Of a stretch of DNA of 64,000 bases, positions 47,263 to 57,445 are shown piece by piece (position 1 is the stretch's first letter; every line of letters starts with the position of its first letter). The notes under the pieces were generated by a model that did not search any database, had not been told where the DNA came from, and saw only the letters and a list, made by a program, of their open reading frames with translations. This stretch comes from an uncultured Candidatus Saccharibacteria bacterium (GTDB lineage Bacteria > Patescibacteriota > Minisyncoccia > Phycocordibacterales > UBA12088), in assembly GCA_964409035.1 (NCBI GenBank), contig CAYPBQ010000002.1, forward strand, positions 83,267 through 147,266. The letters are read 5' to 3'. The position numbers and the translations under genes were made by a program.

Positions 47263-47454
47263 CTATCTGCGCCACGTCCTTTTAGTGGGGACGCAGCGGT
47301 AGGGGAACCAATCTGTGTTTGGTGACGGACACAGTGGGTGTGGGACTTCTATTTTATACGTTGGGGTTCTTGGACCCCCTTCAAATCCAGCATCGCCGGA
47401 TAAAGCACACCCTCCAAGAAGGAGAAGTGCGAAAAAAGCTAGGGCGAATCTCAT
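47263..47454 (-). CDS. Small putative lipoprotein
   Basis: MRFALAFFALLLLGG|C lipobox; GGAGG SD; downstream hairpin at about 47243-47263. Confidence 0.55.
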   Translation of the reverse strand: MRFALAFFALLLLGGCALSGDAGFEGGPRTPTYKIEVPHPLCPSPNTDWFPYRCVPTKRTWRR

Positions 47455-47523
47455 CCTGCCCTCCTTCCTCACCAGACTTCACCACCCCTTGCCAAAAAAG
47501 TCAATACGTGCTATAAATGTGTC

Positions 47524-47790
47524 ATGCTGACAAAGCGACAAAAAGAGAATGCAATACGTGAAATAAAGCGCCACGATACCGACACAGGATCGCCGGAGGC
47601 TCAGATCGCGCTTCTCACTAAAACAATAAACGAACTGACCGACCATCTAAAAAAGCATGGGAAGGATCTTCATTCTCGACGAGGTCTTTTGGGTATGGTT
47701 GCCGACAGACGTTCACATCTTCGCTATCTAGAGAAAAAAGACAAAAAGCGCTACAACGCTGTAGTAAAAAAGCTTGATCTTAAAAAGTAG
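47524..47790 (+). CDS. rpsO: 30S ribosomal protein S15
   Basis: DTGSPEAQIALLT, HLKKHGKDLHSRRGL. Confidence 0.98.
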   Translation: MLTKRQKENAIREIKRHDTDTGSPEAQIALLTKTINELTDHLKKHGKDLHSRRGLLGMVADRRSHLRYLEKKDKKRYNAVVKKLDLKK

Positions 47791-47885
47791 TTAGCTGTGT
47801 CGCTCGACACAACAGTGGTGTGCATTTTGTATAAACGCGTTATAGTTAAGCGAGGGAATTTTTATATTTATATATAGTATTTTTT

Positions 47886-48428
47886 ATGGCTGCAATTAAA
47901 CATGGGGCGCAACGAGTGGGGGTATTTATTGATACGCAAAATTTATATCACAGCGCAAAGCATTTGTATCAAGCAAAGGTTAATTTTGGTTCAGTGTTAA
48001 AAGACGCGCTTGCTGGACGCACGCTAATACGCGCAATCGCATATGTGATAACCACAGAAAGCGGCGAAGAACAAGGCTTTTTTGAAGCACTTGAAAAGGT
48101 TGGTATCGAAACAAAGACTAAGGACCTACAAGTATTCTATGGGGGAGCAAAGAAGGCAGACTGGGATGTCGGACTTGCGGTTGATGCTATTAAAATGGCA
48201 TCTAAGCTAGACACTGTAATCATAGCCTCTGGTGATGGCGATTTCGCGCCACTTGTTGAATATCTTAAAATGAATGAGGGGTGCCAAGTTGAAGCAATAT
48301 CATTTGGCCGCTCAACGTCAGGAGCACTGAGAGAGGCGGTGGATGTATTTACCGACCTAGATGAAAATCCAAAAAACTTCCTAATTGGTTATCGTGGTTC
48401 AAAATTCATACCTCGAACAAAGAAATAG
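47886..48428 (+). CDS. NYN/LabA (DUF88) PIN-like ribonuclease
   Basis: VFIDTQNL, KKADWDVGLAVDA, SGDGDF. Confidence 0.92.
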   Translation: MAAIKHGAQRVGVFIDTQNLYHSAKHLYQAKVNFGSVLKDALAGRTLIRAIAYVITTESGEEQGFFEALEKVGIETKTKDLQVFYGGAKKADWDVGLAVDAIKMASKLDTVIIASGDGDFAPLVEYLKMNEGCQVEAISFGRSTSGALREAVDVFTDLDENPKNFLIGYRGSKFIPRTKK

Positions 48429-48558
48429 CTCTCGCTCATTTTCTCTGTTACACTCGAAGTGTTATAAGCTCGCTTTCCTTTAGAGAGCGAGGTTTGAAGC
48501 TGTTTAGAGAATATCAGTTTCAAGTCTTTACTCTGAAGGAGAGTGATAATAGGACTAT

Positions 48559-50709
48559 ATGGTAAAGAAAACGTATTCTGTGGAACTAGGAGGGAAGACG
48601 CTAACGGCAGAATTTAGTGATCTTGCTGATCAAGCAAATGGTTCAGTTATTTTGCGCTATGGCAAAACAGTTGTACTCGCAACCGCTACCATGGGGGAAG
48701 CAGAGAGACACGAAATCGATTACTTTCCGCTCACTGTTGATTATGAAGAGCGATTTTATGCTGCGGGGCAAATACTTGGATCACGCTTTATGCGCAGAGA
48801 AGGGCGCCCAAGTGAGGAGGCTATTCTCTCAGGAAGAATTGTGGACAGAACAATTCGTCCACTTTTTAATCACCACCTAAGAAATGAGGTGCAGGTAGTG
48901 CTTACGATACTTTCAATTGATGAGGATGATCCAGATGTACTAGGCGTTATTGCTGCGTCACTTGCACTTGGTGTTAGCGATATACCGTGGGGTGGGCCAG
49001 TTAGTGCGGTGCGAATAGGAAAGAAAAAGGGAGGGGAAGTGATTATAAACCCCACCTATATTGAGCGAGCATTTGAAGACTATCATTATGATGTGCTTGC
49101 CTGTGGCAAAGATGGATCAATCAACATGATTGAAATTGCATCAGACGAAGCAAGCGAGCAGGAGATTCTTGAAGCGCTACAAGCAGCCGCGCGCATACAC
49201 AACACCCTAGGAGCGTGGCAACAAGAAATAATTTCAGAAATAGGAAAGCAGAAAAAAACAGTTACTCATCTAGCATATGCTGATGAAATTATCGCTCACT
49301 TTAATGAGCATGCGGCAGCTAAACTCCCAGCTGCACTTATATCTGGTGAACCTGGTAAGGCGGGCATAAAGAAACTGAAAGAAGAGTGGCTTGCAAAGGT
49401 TGCGGTGGACATTCCTGATTTCTCAAAGCGCGCAGGGCATTATTTTGAAGAGAAAGTTGACGAACAACTACACAGCGAAGCTACGGTAAATGGAAGACGT
49501 CCTGATGGAAGAGCAATGGATGAGGTTAGACCACTATTTGCACTTGCAGGAGAAATGTCACCAATGGCACACGGTACTGGCATATTTTATCGTGGTGGAA
49601 CACACGTATTTACCGCACTCACCCTAGGTGGTCCTGGTGATTCACAAATTGTGGATTCTATAGAACACCAAGATGAGAGCAAGCGCTTCATGCATCACTA
49701 CAACTTCCCACCATTCAGCTCTGGAGAAACTGGAAGACTTGGTGGAGTTAACAGAAGAGCGGTAGGGCATGGCGCTCTAGCAGAGAAGGCGCTCCTTCCA
49801 ATGATTCCTAAAAAGGAAGACTTTCCATATACCATTAGGTTGGTATCTGAGTGTATGGCATCTAATGGATCTACCTCAATGGCATCAACATGCGCATCAA
49901 CACTAGCGCTTATGGATGGAGGTGTACCCATTAAACGACCAGTGGCGGGCATTGCCATGGGGCTTATGCTGCACAAAGGTTCTCACAAGGTGCTCACTGA
50001 TATTCAAGGACCGGAAGATCATCATGGAGATATGGATTTTAAGGTGGCAGGAACATCAGAGGGTATAACTGCGGCACAGATGGATGTAAAAGTTGGCGGA
50101 ATACCCCTTACCATTCTTGAAGAGGCATTAGTGGGTGCAAAGAAGGCTCGTCTCCACATACTTGAAACCATGCGTGGTGCAATCAGCGCACCTCGTTCGG
50201 ACATATCGCCACTTGCTCCTAAGATAATCGCGCTTAAGGTGCGAATCGATCAAATTGGTCTTGTTATTGGTCCTGGTGGAAAAACCATAAATGGTATTAA
50301 AGACAGAACAGGTGTTACAGACATCACCATAGAAGATGATGGCTCTGTGTTTATAACAGGAAAGGAGGGTACTGCAGAATTGGCCCGAGATGAAATTGCT
50401 AGCCTCACCCATGTATACACCGCAGGTGAACGATACGAAGGAGAGGTTGTACGCATTATGGATTTTGGAGCATTTGTAAAAATAGGAAAAAATGCCGAAG
50501 GATTGGTACACATTTCTGAAATAGCTCCATTTAGAATCCAAAAAGTTGAAGATGTGCTTTCTGTAGGAGAGGTTGTTCCGGTTATAATACGAGAGATAGA
50601 TGAGAAAGAACGAATTAATCTTTCTATCAAAATGGCTGACCCAGAATTTGCACAGCGTAAAGGTATAAACCCCGACATAAAGGGAACAAGTACCAATGGA
50701 TCCAACTAA
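48559..50709 (+). CDS. pnp: Polyribonucleotide nucleotidyltransferase
   Basis: FPLTVDYEER, RREGRP, HYNFPPFS, SNGSTSMAS, DMDFKVAGT, KH and S1 domains. Confidence 0.98.
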   Translation: MVKKTYSVELGGKTLTAEFSDLADQANGSVILRYGKTVVLATATMGEAERHEIDYFPLTVDYEERFYAAGQILGSRFMRREGRPSEEAILSGRIVDRTIRPLFNHHLRNEVQVVLTILSIDEDDPDVLGVIAASLALGVSDIPWGGPVSAVRIGKKKGGEVIINPTYIERAFEDYHYDVLACGKDGSINMIEIASDEASEQEILEALQAAARIHNTLGAWQQEIISEIGKQKKTVTHLAYADEIIAHFNEHAAAKLPAALISGEPGKAGIKKLKEEWLAKVAVDIPDFSKRAGHYFEEKVDEQLHSEATVNGRRPDGRAMDEVRPLFALAGEMSPMAHGTGIFYRGGTHVFTALTLGGPGDSQIVDSIEHQDESKRFMHHYNFPPFSSGETGRLGGVNRRAVGHGALAEKALLPMIPKKEDFPYTIRLVSECMASNGSTSMASTCASTLALMDGGVPIKRPVAGIAMGLMLHKGSHKVLTDIQGPEDHHGDMDFKVAGTSEGITAAQMDVKVGGIPLTILEEALVGAKKARLHILETMRGAISAPRSDISPLAPKIIALKVRIDQIGLVIGPGGKTINGIKDRTGVTDITIEDDGSVFITGKEGTAELARDEIASLTHVYTAGERYEGEVVRIMDFGAFVKIGKNAEGLVHISEIAPFRIQKVEDVLSVGEVVPVIIREIDEKERINLSIKMADPEFAQRKGINPDIKGTSTNGSN

Positions 50710-52318
50710 CGAAACAACAAAAGACAGTCCGACATCGCAAGCTACACCAACCAATAATGATGTAGTACTTGATGATCTGGATGTAAAACTCTCTGAAGTT
50801 GAGCATTCGCTCTCAGAGAGAGATATTTCTGCGCGCACCAGAGCGGAAGAGGAGCTTGCCGCAGAGCTTGCAAATGGAGTAAATCAAGACATCTCACTTG
50901 ATTTACCTGATAATCCAAATGCAACTTGGCCTGTTGCTGCAACTCCTAACAAGGAGATTGTAATCAATGCCACCCCTCCAACCAAGCAAGAGGAGGTAGC
51001 GCAACAACAAAACAAAGAAACTTCTGAACCTTCTTCTGCTGCAACACCATTTGCCTATAGAGGCTCTGTCACACCACTTGAACAAAGAGGTGTTAAGGAA
51101 GTGAGTATCTCAGCCGTTGCCGAGTCTGCTCCAAAACAGAGCGCGCTTGCTAATGCTAAGTCAGCACTCTTAGCTGGAGGTAATGCTGTGCGAGATTTCT
51201 CAGCTAGTAAACCACCCGTGGAAGCACCAGCGTCTATTCGAGCACCACAAACAGCACCTCAGCCGTTACCAACTAGTGTAAATAGTGAGATTTCTACATC
51301 TCCTGTTACACCCACCGCTCCAAAATTAGCGCCTACTATTCCTTCAGTTTCAGAAGCGACACAAGGCAATATTGTGCCTCCGCAGACACCAGAGCAACCA
51401 ACACCACAAGCAACTCAAAGTGACGATTCTGTAAGACCGATTCGCACCTTTAGAGATGATATTGCGCGCGTGCTTCAGAAGAAAAAAACTACCTTGGTAG
51501 ATGCCGTGGTCGCCGAAGAGAATCGTGCAAATCGCACAAAAGAGGTAGAGGCTCCAAAGGAGGCGCCGCGATCGATTGTGTCGTATATAGTTGTATTTTT
51601 AAGTGGCCTACTCATTACTGGCGGACTTAGTGCATATGCTATCTATTACTTTTTTGGGCCAACTGATATAACCAGAATTGATGTTGCTGAAGTGCCGTCA
51701 ATAATATTTGTGGAGGAGCAAAAAGAGTTTGAGTTTTTTGACGACGAGAGCAAGCGCGACATCTTTAGAAGAATTGGCGTAGAAAAAGATTCTGCACTAC
51801 TTAGATTAGGAAATATAGAACAACTCTATTTTACACGCAGTATCTATGACGAAAGTATTGCCTCAACCAAAAAAATGCTTGTTTCGTCAGCAGAATTTAT
51901 TGCTCGAAGTGAATTTCGCATTGATAGCTCCTTCGCAAGAAATCTTTTGCCTGAGATGACCTTTGGCTATCACTCATTTGATGGCACCCAACCATTTATA
52001 GTCTTTAAAACTGAGTTCTATGAAGACGCCTTTGCTGCCATGCTTGATTGGGAACCACGCATGAATGAGGATTTATCACCACTATTTGGAGATATAGTGA
52101 TGGAAACATACCTAGTTGGGTCATCAACAAGAACAAGACCTGCAAATCTTACCTTTGAAGATGTGCTGGTAAAGAATAAAGAAGTGAGAGTGCTACATGA
52201 TGCTAATGGTAAAGAGTTACTCCTCTATGGATTTCCAAATCCTGAAACCCTAATAATCACCACAAATCAATATACATTTACTGAAATAGTCACTCGTTTG
52301 CAGTCAATTAGAATATAG
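50696..52318 (+). CDS. Hypothetical single-TM protein with Pro/Thr-rich N-terminus
   Basis: Low-complexity region, IRTFRDD, TM, AFAAMLDWE, FEDVLVKNKEVRVL. Confidence 0.75.
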   Translation: MDPTNETTKDSPTSQATPTNNDVVLDDLDVKLSEVEHSLSERDISARTRAEEELAAELANGVNQDISLDLPDNPNATWPVAATPNKEIVINATPPTKQEEVAQQQNKETSEPSSAATPFAYRGSVTPLEQRGVKEVSISAVAESAPKQSALANAKSALLAGGNAVRDFSASKPPVEAPASIRAPQTAPQPLPTSVNSEISTSPVTPTAPKLAPTIPSVSEATQGNIVPPQTPEQPTPQATQSDDSVRPIRTFRDDIARVLQKKKTTLVDAVVAEENRANRTKEVEAPKEAPRSIVSYIVVFLSGLLITGGLSAYAIYYFFGPTDITRIDVAEVPSIIFVEEQKEFEFFDDESKRDIFRRIGVEKDSALLRLGNIEQLYFTRSIYDESIASTKKMLVSSAEFIARSEFRIDSSFARNLLPEMTFGYHSFDGTQPFIVFKTEFYEDAFAAMLDWEPRMNEDLSPLFGDIVMETYLVGSSTRTRPANLTFEDVLVKNKEVRVLHDANGKELLLYGFPNPETLIITTNQYTFTEIVTRLQSIRI

Positions 52319-52359
52319 AGAGTGTTGCGTAGGGTATGTAGAGGAGTTATCATAATGAT

Positions 52360-52758
52360 ATGAATCATCCCGATATAACGCCAGCACAACTGGAATCATT
52401 TAAAAATAGACTGCTCGCAGAAAAAATAGAGGTGGAAGAATCTCTTAAAGAAGTTGGTGTTAGAAACCCACAAAATCCTAGCGATTGGGTAGCGACATCA
52501 GGTGATATGCCTGAAGTAAATGCTGATGCTAACGAGCTAAGCGATAAGTTTGAAGAATATGGTCAAAACCAGGGGTTGGTAAACAATCTTGAAGTACGCC
52601 TCGCAAATATTTCTCGTGCCCTAGAAAAAATAGACAATGGGGGATACGGTATCTGTGAAATATCAAATGCACCAATCGAGATGGATAGACTCGAGGCTAA
52701 TCCTACTGCTCGAACCTGCAAGGAACACATGGAAGAGGGTGACTCGCTTCAAGCGTAA
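52360..52758 (+). CDS. TraR/DksA family protein
   Basis: RALEKIDNGGYGICE...I..DRLEANPTARTC. Confidence 0.88.
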   Translation: MNHPDITPAQLESFKNRLLAEKIEVEESLKEVGVRNPQNPSDWVATSGDMPEVNADANELSDKFEEYGQNQGLVNNLEVRLANISRALEKIDNGGYGICEISNAPIEMDRLEANPTARTCKEHMEEGDSLQA

Positions 52759-52761
52759 TAT

Positions 52762-54261
52762 ATGGCGGTAGCTCGGGTAACAAGCGCCCAACCCAGCTAT
52801 CCGTACGCAGTGCTTGTAGACGTTGAAACCGACCTTGGAAAGGGGCTTAATTCTTTTTCAATTGTTGGACTTCCTGATAAGGCGGTTGATGAAGCAAAAG
52901 ATAGGGTTTCATCTGGCATCAAAAATTCTGGCTATCCCTCACCAAAAAGTACCAATGTAAAAACAGTGGTTTCTCTTGCTCCTGCTGATTTTAAAAAGGA
53001 GGGTACGCACTACGACCTACCAATTGCTGTGTCATACCTTATAGCAAACGGGGTAATTCCGCCTATTTCTACATCAATTATGTTGATTGGTGAGCTTGCT
53101 CTTGATGGAGGCGTGCGCGGCGTTCGCGGTGTATTAGCTTGTGCAATCGCTGCAAAAAAAGCAGGGTGTGAAGCTATCGTAGTACCGCTTGCAAACGCAG
53201 AAGAAGCCTCGTTGGTTGACGGTGTTTCGGTGTATCCGATAACCACTCTTAAAGAATTGATACTGCACCTTAGAAATGAAGTGCTATTATCTCGCCACAA
53301 CTCATCACACACGCCAAAAGATATAAGTCCACCTCGTATAGACTTTTTTGATATTAGAGGACAAGAAAGCGCAAAGCGAGCACTCGAGATAGCGGCAGCA
53401 GGAAGACACAATATAGTGCTATATGGCCCACCAGGTACTGGTAAATCAATGCTTGCACAAGCCTTTTGCGGTATTTTACCTCCTCTTACCCACGAAGAAG
53501 CGCTTGAGGCAACCATTGTTCACTCTCTTGCGGGAGTATTGCATACAACATATATCAGCGAGCCTCCGATGCGAGCTCCACACCACACAAGCTCACATAT
53601 TGCGCTAGTAGGAGGGGGGAGCACGCCTCGTCCAGGAGAAATAACCCTAGCACACAGGGGAGTATTATTTTTGGATGAGTTTCCTGAATTTGAACGAAGA
53701 ACAATTGACGCCTTGCGTGAACCACTAGAAGGAGGAGAAATAACTATCGCACGAGCTCGAGGCGCGGTTAAGTATCCAGCAAATTTTATTCTTGTTGCGG
53801 CAATGAATCCAACAAGAGGGCATGACGGCGTTCAAAATAATGCTGAAAAGGATCGATTACAAAAGAAGATATCTGGTCCAGTGGTAGACAGAATTGATAT
53901 ATGGATTGAAGTAGGACTCATTACACACAGCACTCTCTCGAGTATTCCTAATGGAGAACGCTCTATTGCTATACAAAACCGAGTTGCTGACGCGAGAAAA
54001 CTGCAGTATCAAAGATTTAACATAAACGGAAAAACTAATTCAGAGATGTCTGTTCGGGATTTAGACACTTTTATAACCATGAACGCAGATGCCAAGGAGG
54101 TGTTAAACCAATCCGCACAGCGCCTTCAGCTCTCACCACGTTCATACCATCGAGTAGTTAAGCTATCTCGAACGATTGCTGACTTATCAAAAAGCGAGAA
54201 CGTAGAGAGTGCGCACGTACTTGAGGCACTTCACTACAGACCAAAGGATTTATTTATCTAA
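52762..54261 (+). CDS. comM: ComM/YifB Mg-chelatase-like AAA+ ATPase
   Basis: IVGLPDKAV.E, GPPGTGKSM, RAPHH, PGEITLAHRGVLFLDE, AAMNP, SGPVVDRID. Confidence 0.94.
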   Translation: MAVARVTSAQPSYPYAVLVDVETDLGKGLNSFSIVGLPDKAVDEAKDRVSSGIKNSGYPSPKSTNVKTVVSLAPADFKKEGTHYDLPIAVSYLIANGVIPPISTSIMLIGELALDGGVRGVRGVLACAIAAKKAGCEAIVVPLANAEEASLVDGVSVYPITTLKELILHLRNEVLLSRHNSSHTPKDISPPRIDFFDIRGQESAKRALEIAAAGRHNIVLYGPPGTGKSMLAQAFCGILPPLTHEEALEATIVHSLAGVLHTTYISEPPMRAPHHTSSHIALVGGGSTPRPGEITLAHRGVLFLDEFPEFERRTIDALREPLEGGEITIARARGAVKYPANFILVAAMNPTRGHDGVQNNAEKDRLQKKISGPVVDRIDIWIEVGLITHSTLSSIPNGERSIAIQNRVADARKLQYQRFNINGKTNSEMSVRDLDTFITMNADAKEVLNQSAQRLQLSPRSYHRVVKLSRTIADLSKSENVESAHVLEALHYRPKDLFI

Positions 54262-55259
54262 AATGGGTTTTTAGCACCGCGAACCTCAAAGTGTAGATGG
54301 GGACCTGTTGATCTGCCGGTGTTACCTACATAACCAATAACCTGTCCTTGAACCACCTGCTGCCCGGCATACACAATATTTCCAGAAAGGTGAGCATAGA
54401 GTGTTTGTGTACCGTTTGGATGTTCTACCACAATGTAATTACCATACCCACCATTCCAACCGCTAGTACGCGAGACGAGCACCTTTCCTCCCGCAGAAGC
54501 TCTCACCGACGCGCCAATTCTCGCGCCAAAGTCAATTCCGTTGTATCCATGAATACCTTGTGTCTTAACTGCTCCTGGTACTGGATGAATGTAGTAACCC
54601 GAATTTGAAGCGGTTTTTGAACCTCTCGATGCATATGCTGGTTTTGGTGCCTCAATCTCTCCTCCAGGAATAGTGAGGGTTTCACCTACGGAAATGGCTT
54701 CTGCTGAGTCGAGGTGGTTATATGAAATAATCTCCTCTTCATTACCTTTAAACTTTTTAGCAATAGAGGCTAGGGTATCGCCCTTTTTGACAGTATATTG
54801 AACACCGTTAATAGGTAGGATCAGTAGCTCTTGCCCAGGCAAAATAGAGCTACCCTTGGAAATATTATTTGCCCACAAAATAGTATTCGGGGAAACATTA
54901 AACATCTGAGCGATTTGCGAGAGGGAGTCTCCATCCTTTACTACATAGAGTGAAATCTCGCCATTTCCTGAAGTATCCTCGATATTGGCCATTGAACCAG
55001 CAGGGCCAGTCTCAGCACGTAGCGCGCTGTCTGAAACTACAATAATATCTCCACCTCCCTTTGAAGGATTTGGATCGACATTATACGCCCCCTTAAGGAG
55101 GGGTACGGTTTGTGAGCTATATGCCTCATAGGCCTCATCGCTAGTCTGCTTTTCTGAGGAAAAGAATGACGTCATCCGAGAAAGCATGCTACCTTCTGCT
55201 GCCATTGGCATACTTATTAGACCAAAGATGGCGATGTAGGTCACGATATATGTCACCAA
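54258..55259 (-). CDS. LysM-LysM-M23 peptidoglycan endopeptidase
   Basis: Two LysM repeats (YVVKDGDSL, YTVKKGDTL), HGYNGID, YAHL, STGPHLHFE. Confidence 0.93.
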   Translation of the reverse strand: MVTYIVTYIAIFGLISMPMAAEGSMLSRMTSFFSSEKQTSDEAYEAYSSQTVPLLKGAYNVDPNPSKGGGDIIVVSDSALRAETGPAGSMANIEDTSGNGEISLYVVKDGDSLSQIAQMFNVSPNTILWANNISKGSSILPGQELLILPINGVQYTVKKGDTLASIAKKFKGNEEEIISYNHLDSAEAISVGETLTIPGGEIEAPKPAYASRGSKTASNSGYYIHPVPGAVKTQGIHGYNGIDFGARIGASVRASAGGKVLVSRTSGWNGGYGNYIVVEHPNGTQTLYAHLSGNIVYAGQQVVQGQVIGYVGNTGRSTGPHLHFEVRGAKNPF

Positions 55260-55521
55260 AGGGGAGTGTAATACGCTCGTAGCCTTTGGATCTTTGTGAG
55301 TTGTTTTGATAAGCCGTTTTTTAGCCCAATCAGCCGGTATTTTCTGGAAATGGCTCTGTTGAGCCGTGGGTCATTCGGTCGTATGCGTCAGTACCTAAGC
55401 ACTATAGCGGTCTATAAAATGCTGTCAACGACTTTTATACACGAAAAAATAATGAAATATTACTAGACAACTAGTCAAGTTTTGTTGCTTTATTTTATAG
55501 GCGGTATGGTATAGTCCACCC

Positions 55522-57444
55522 ATGACATATTTAGACGAACTAAATACCCACCAACATGAAGCTGCGACTACCATCACGGGTCCACTTCTTGTTATCGCAG
55601 GAGCCGGGGCAGGGAAGACAAAGACCATCACCCATCGAATACTCCATATAATCAACTCTGGGGTTGCCCCAAAGAACATTCTTGCTGTTACCTTTACCAA
55701 TAAGGCAGCAAGTGAGATGCGCGAGCGGGTGCTATCCCTCATGAACAAAGAAGGTATATCTCGTGAGGACGGGTCACCAACAGTAGCAACCTTTCACTCC
55801 TTGTGTGCGACTATTTTAAGAAACGAATCAGAGGCCATCGGTATAAAGAGGCACTTTGTCATATTAGATAGAGCAGATTCAATAAAGGCAATAAAGGAGG
55901 CTATGGAAAAATCAGGCGTATCTGATAAGCAATTTGAACCAAGAACCATACTTGGACATATTTCAAGGCAAAAGGGAGAGGGTAATACCGCAGAGGTGTA
56001 TGAGCGTAATTATGGGTCCGAGCATGTGCCGGGTGTAATCGCTAAGGTGTGGAGAAATTATGAAGTCATACTCCAAAGAGAGCAGGCGCTTGATTTTGAT
56101 GACCTACTCTTAAAAACCAAATTACTATTTAACGAGCGTAAAGACATACTCTCTCGATACTCAGCTGCGTGGCAATATATCCACATTGATGAATACCAAG
56201 ATACCAATAAAGTGCAGTTCAGCATTGCGCGACTGTTGGCAAGCGAGCATGGCAACATATGCGTTGTAGGTGATATTGATCAAAATATTTACTCGTGGCG
56301 GGGTGCGTCTATCGATAACATCTTAGACTTTGAAAAAGAGTTCCCGGGCGCACGGGTAGTTACCCTCGAGCAGAATTACCGATCAACAAAGACAATTGTG
56401 CATGTTTCAAACAAAGTCATAGAAAAAAATCTTCGCCGTAAAAAGAAAGTGGTCTTTACTGAAAACGAGGATGGCGAGCCTATCTCGCTATTTTCTGCAT
56501 TTGATGAGCAAGATGAAGCTAGGTTTATAGCCCACACGTCAAAGAAATTGATCGAGAGTGGTGTATCACCAAGCTCAATAGCAGTTCTTTATAGAGCCAA
56601 CTTTCAGTCACGCGTACTGGAAGAGGCGTATCTCTCTAGCGAGGTGTCGTATCGTGTGTTAGGGGTAAAGTTTTTTGATAGAAAAGAAATTAAAGATGTA
56701 CTCTCATATGTAAGAGCATCACTTAACAGAGATTCTCACTTCGATATATCTCGCACTGCAAATGTGCCGGTAAGAGGTATTGGCAAAGTGACGCTGATTA
56801 AAATGTTGGCTGGTCAAATCGACGACCTTACCCCCGCAACAAGAAAAAAGGTGACGGATTATTACACACTACTTGATGCTATTAAAAATCAAGCCTCAAC
56901 CTCTAAACCATCTGAAACGATTAAATTTGTACTTGACGCAAGCGGCTACCTACAAAGTCTTGAGCATACAAAAAAGGAAGAGGACGTAGAGCGAGCAGAA
57001 AACCTCAAAGAACTGGTAACGTTGGCTCAAAAATACGATGAACTTAGCCCCCTTCAAGGTATCGAAGCGCTGCTTGAATACGCAGCACTTGAAAGCGACC
57101 AGGACAAGCTAGAGCAAAAGGAGAAAGCGGTAACACTGATGACAGTACACGCGGCAAAAGGTCTTGAGTTTGATTATGTATTTATAGCAGGACTCGAGGA
57201 TGGTCTATTTCCACACGAGAGAATGGGAGATGGGAGGGTTGATAATGAAGAGGAGCGCCGACTCTTCTACGTTGCAGTAACAAGAGCTGCTAAAAAAATA
57301 TATCTAACTCACTCAGCAACCCGCACCATATATGGATCAAAGCAGGTAAACTTGCCGTCTGAATTTTTAGCAGATATTGATGAGGAATTCCTTGTTGCAG
57401 AAGAGAGGCCTGATGGCTTTAGTAGGGTAATATACCTAGATTAG
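55522..57444 (+). CDS. pcrA: PcrA/UvrD DNA helicase
   Basis: AGAGAGKT, TFTNKAA, DEYQD, LEQNYRS, TVHAAKGLEF, EERRLFYVAVTRA. Confidence 0.96.
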   Translation: MTYLDELNTHQHEAATTITGPLLVIAGAGAGKTKTITHRILHIINSGVAPKNILAVTFTNKAASEMRERVLSLMNKEGISREDGSPTVATFHSLCATILRNESEAIGIKRHFVILDRADSIKAIKEAMEKSGVSDKQFEPRTILGHISRQKGEGNTAEVYERNYGSEHVPGVIAKVWRNYEVILQREQALDFDDLLLKTKLLFNERKDILSRYSAAWQYIHIDEYQDTNKVQFSIARLLASEHGNICVVGDIDQNIYSWRGASIDNILDFEKEFPGARVVTLEQNYRSTKTIVHVSNKVIEKNLRRKKKVVFTENEDGEPISLFSAFDEQDEARFIAHTSKKLIESGVSPSSIAVLYRANFQSRVLEEAYLSSEVSYRVLGVKFFDRKEIKDVLSYVRASLNRDSHFDISRTANVPVRGIGKVTLIKMLAGQIDDLTPATRKKVTDYYTLLDAIKNQASTSKPSETIKFVLDASGYLQSLEHTKKEEDVERAENLKELVTLAQKYDELSPLQGIEALLEYAALESDQDKLEQKEKAVTLMTVHAAKGLEFDYVFIAGLEDGLFPHERMGDGRVDNEEERRLFYVAVTRAAKKIYLTHSATRTIYGSKQVNLPSEFLADIDEEFLVAEERPDGFSRVIYLD

Positions 57445-57445
57445 T

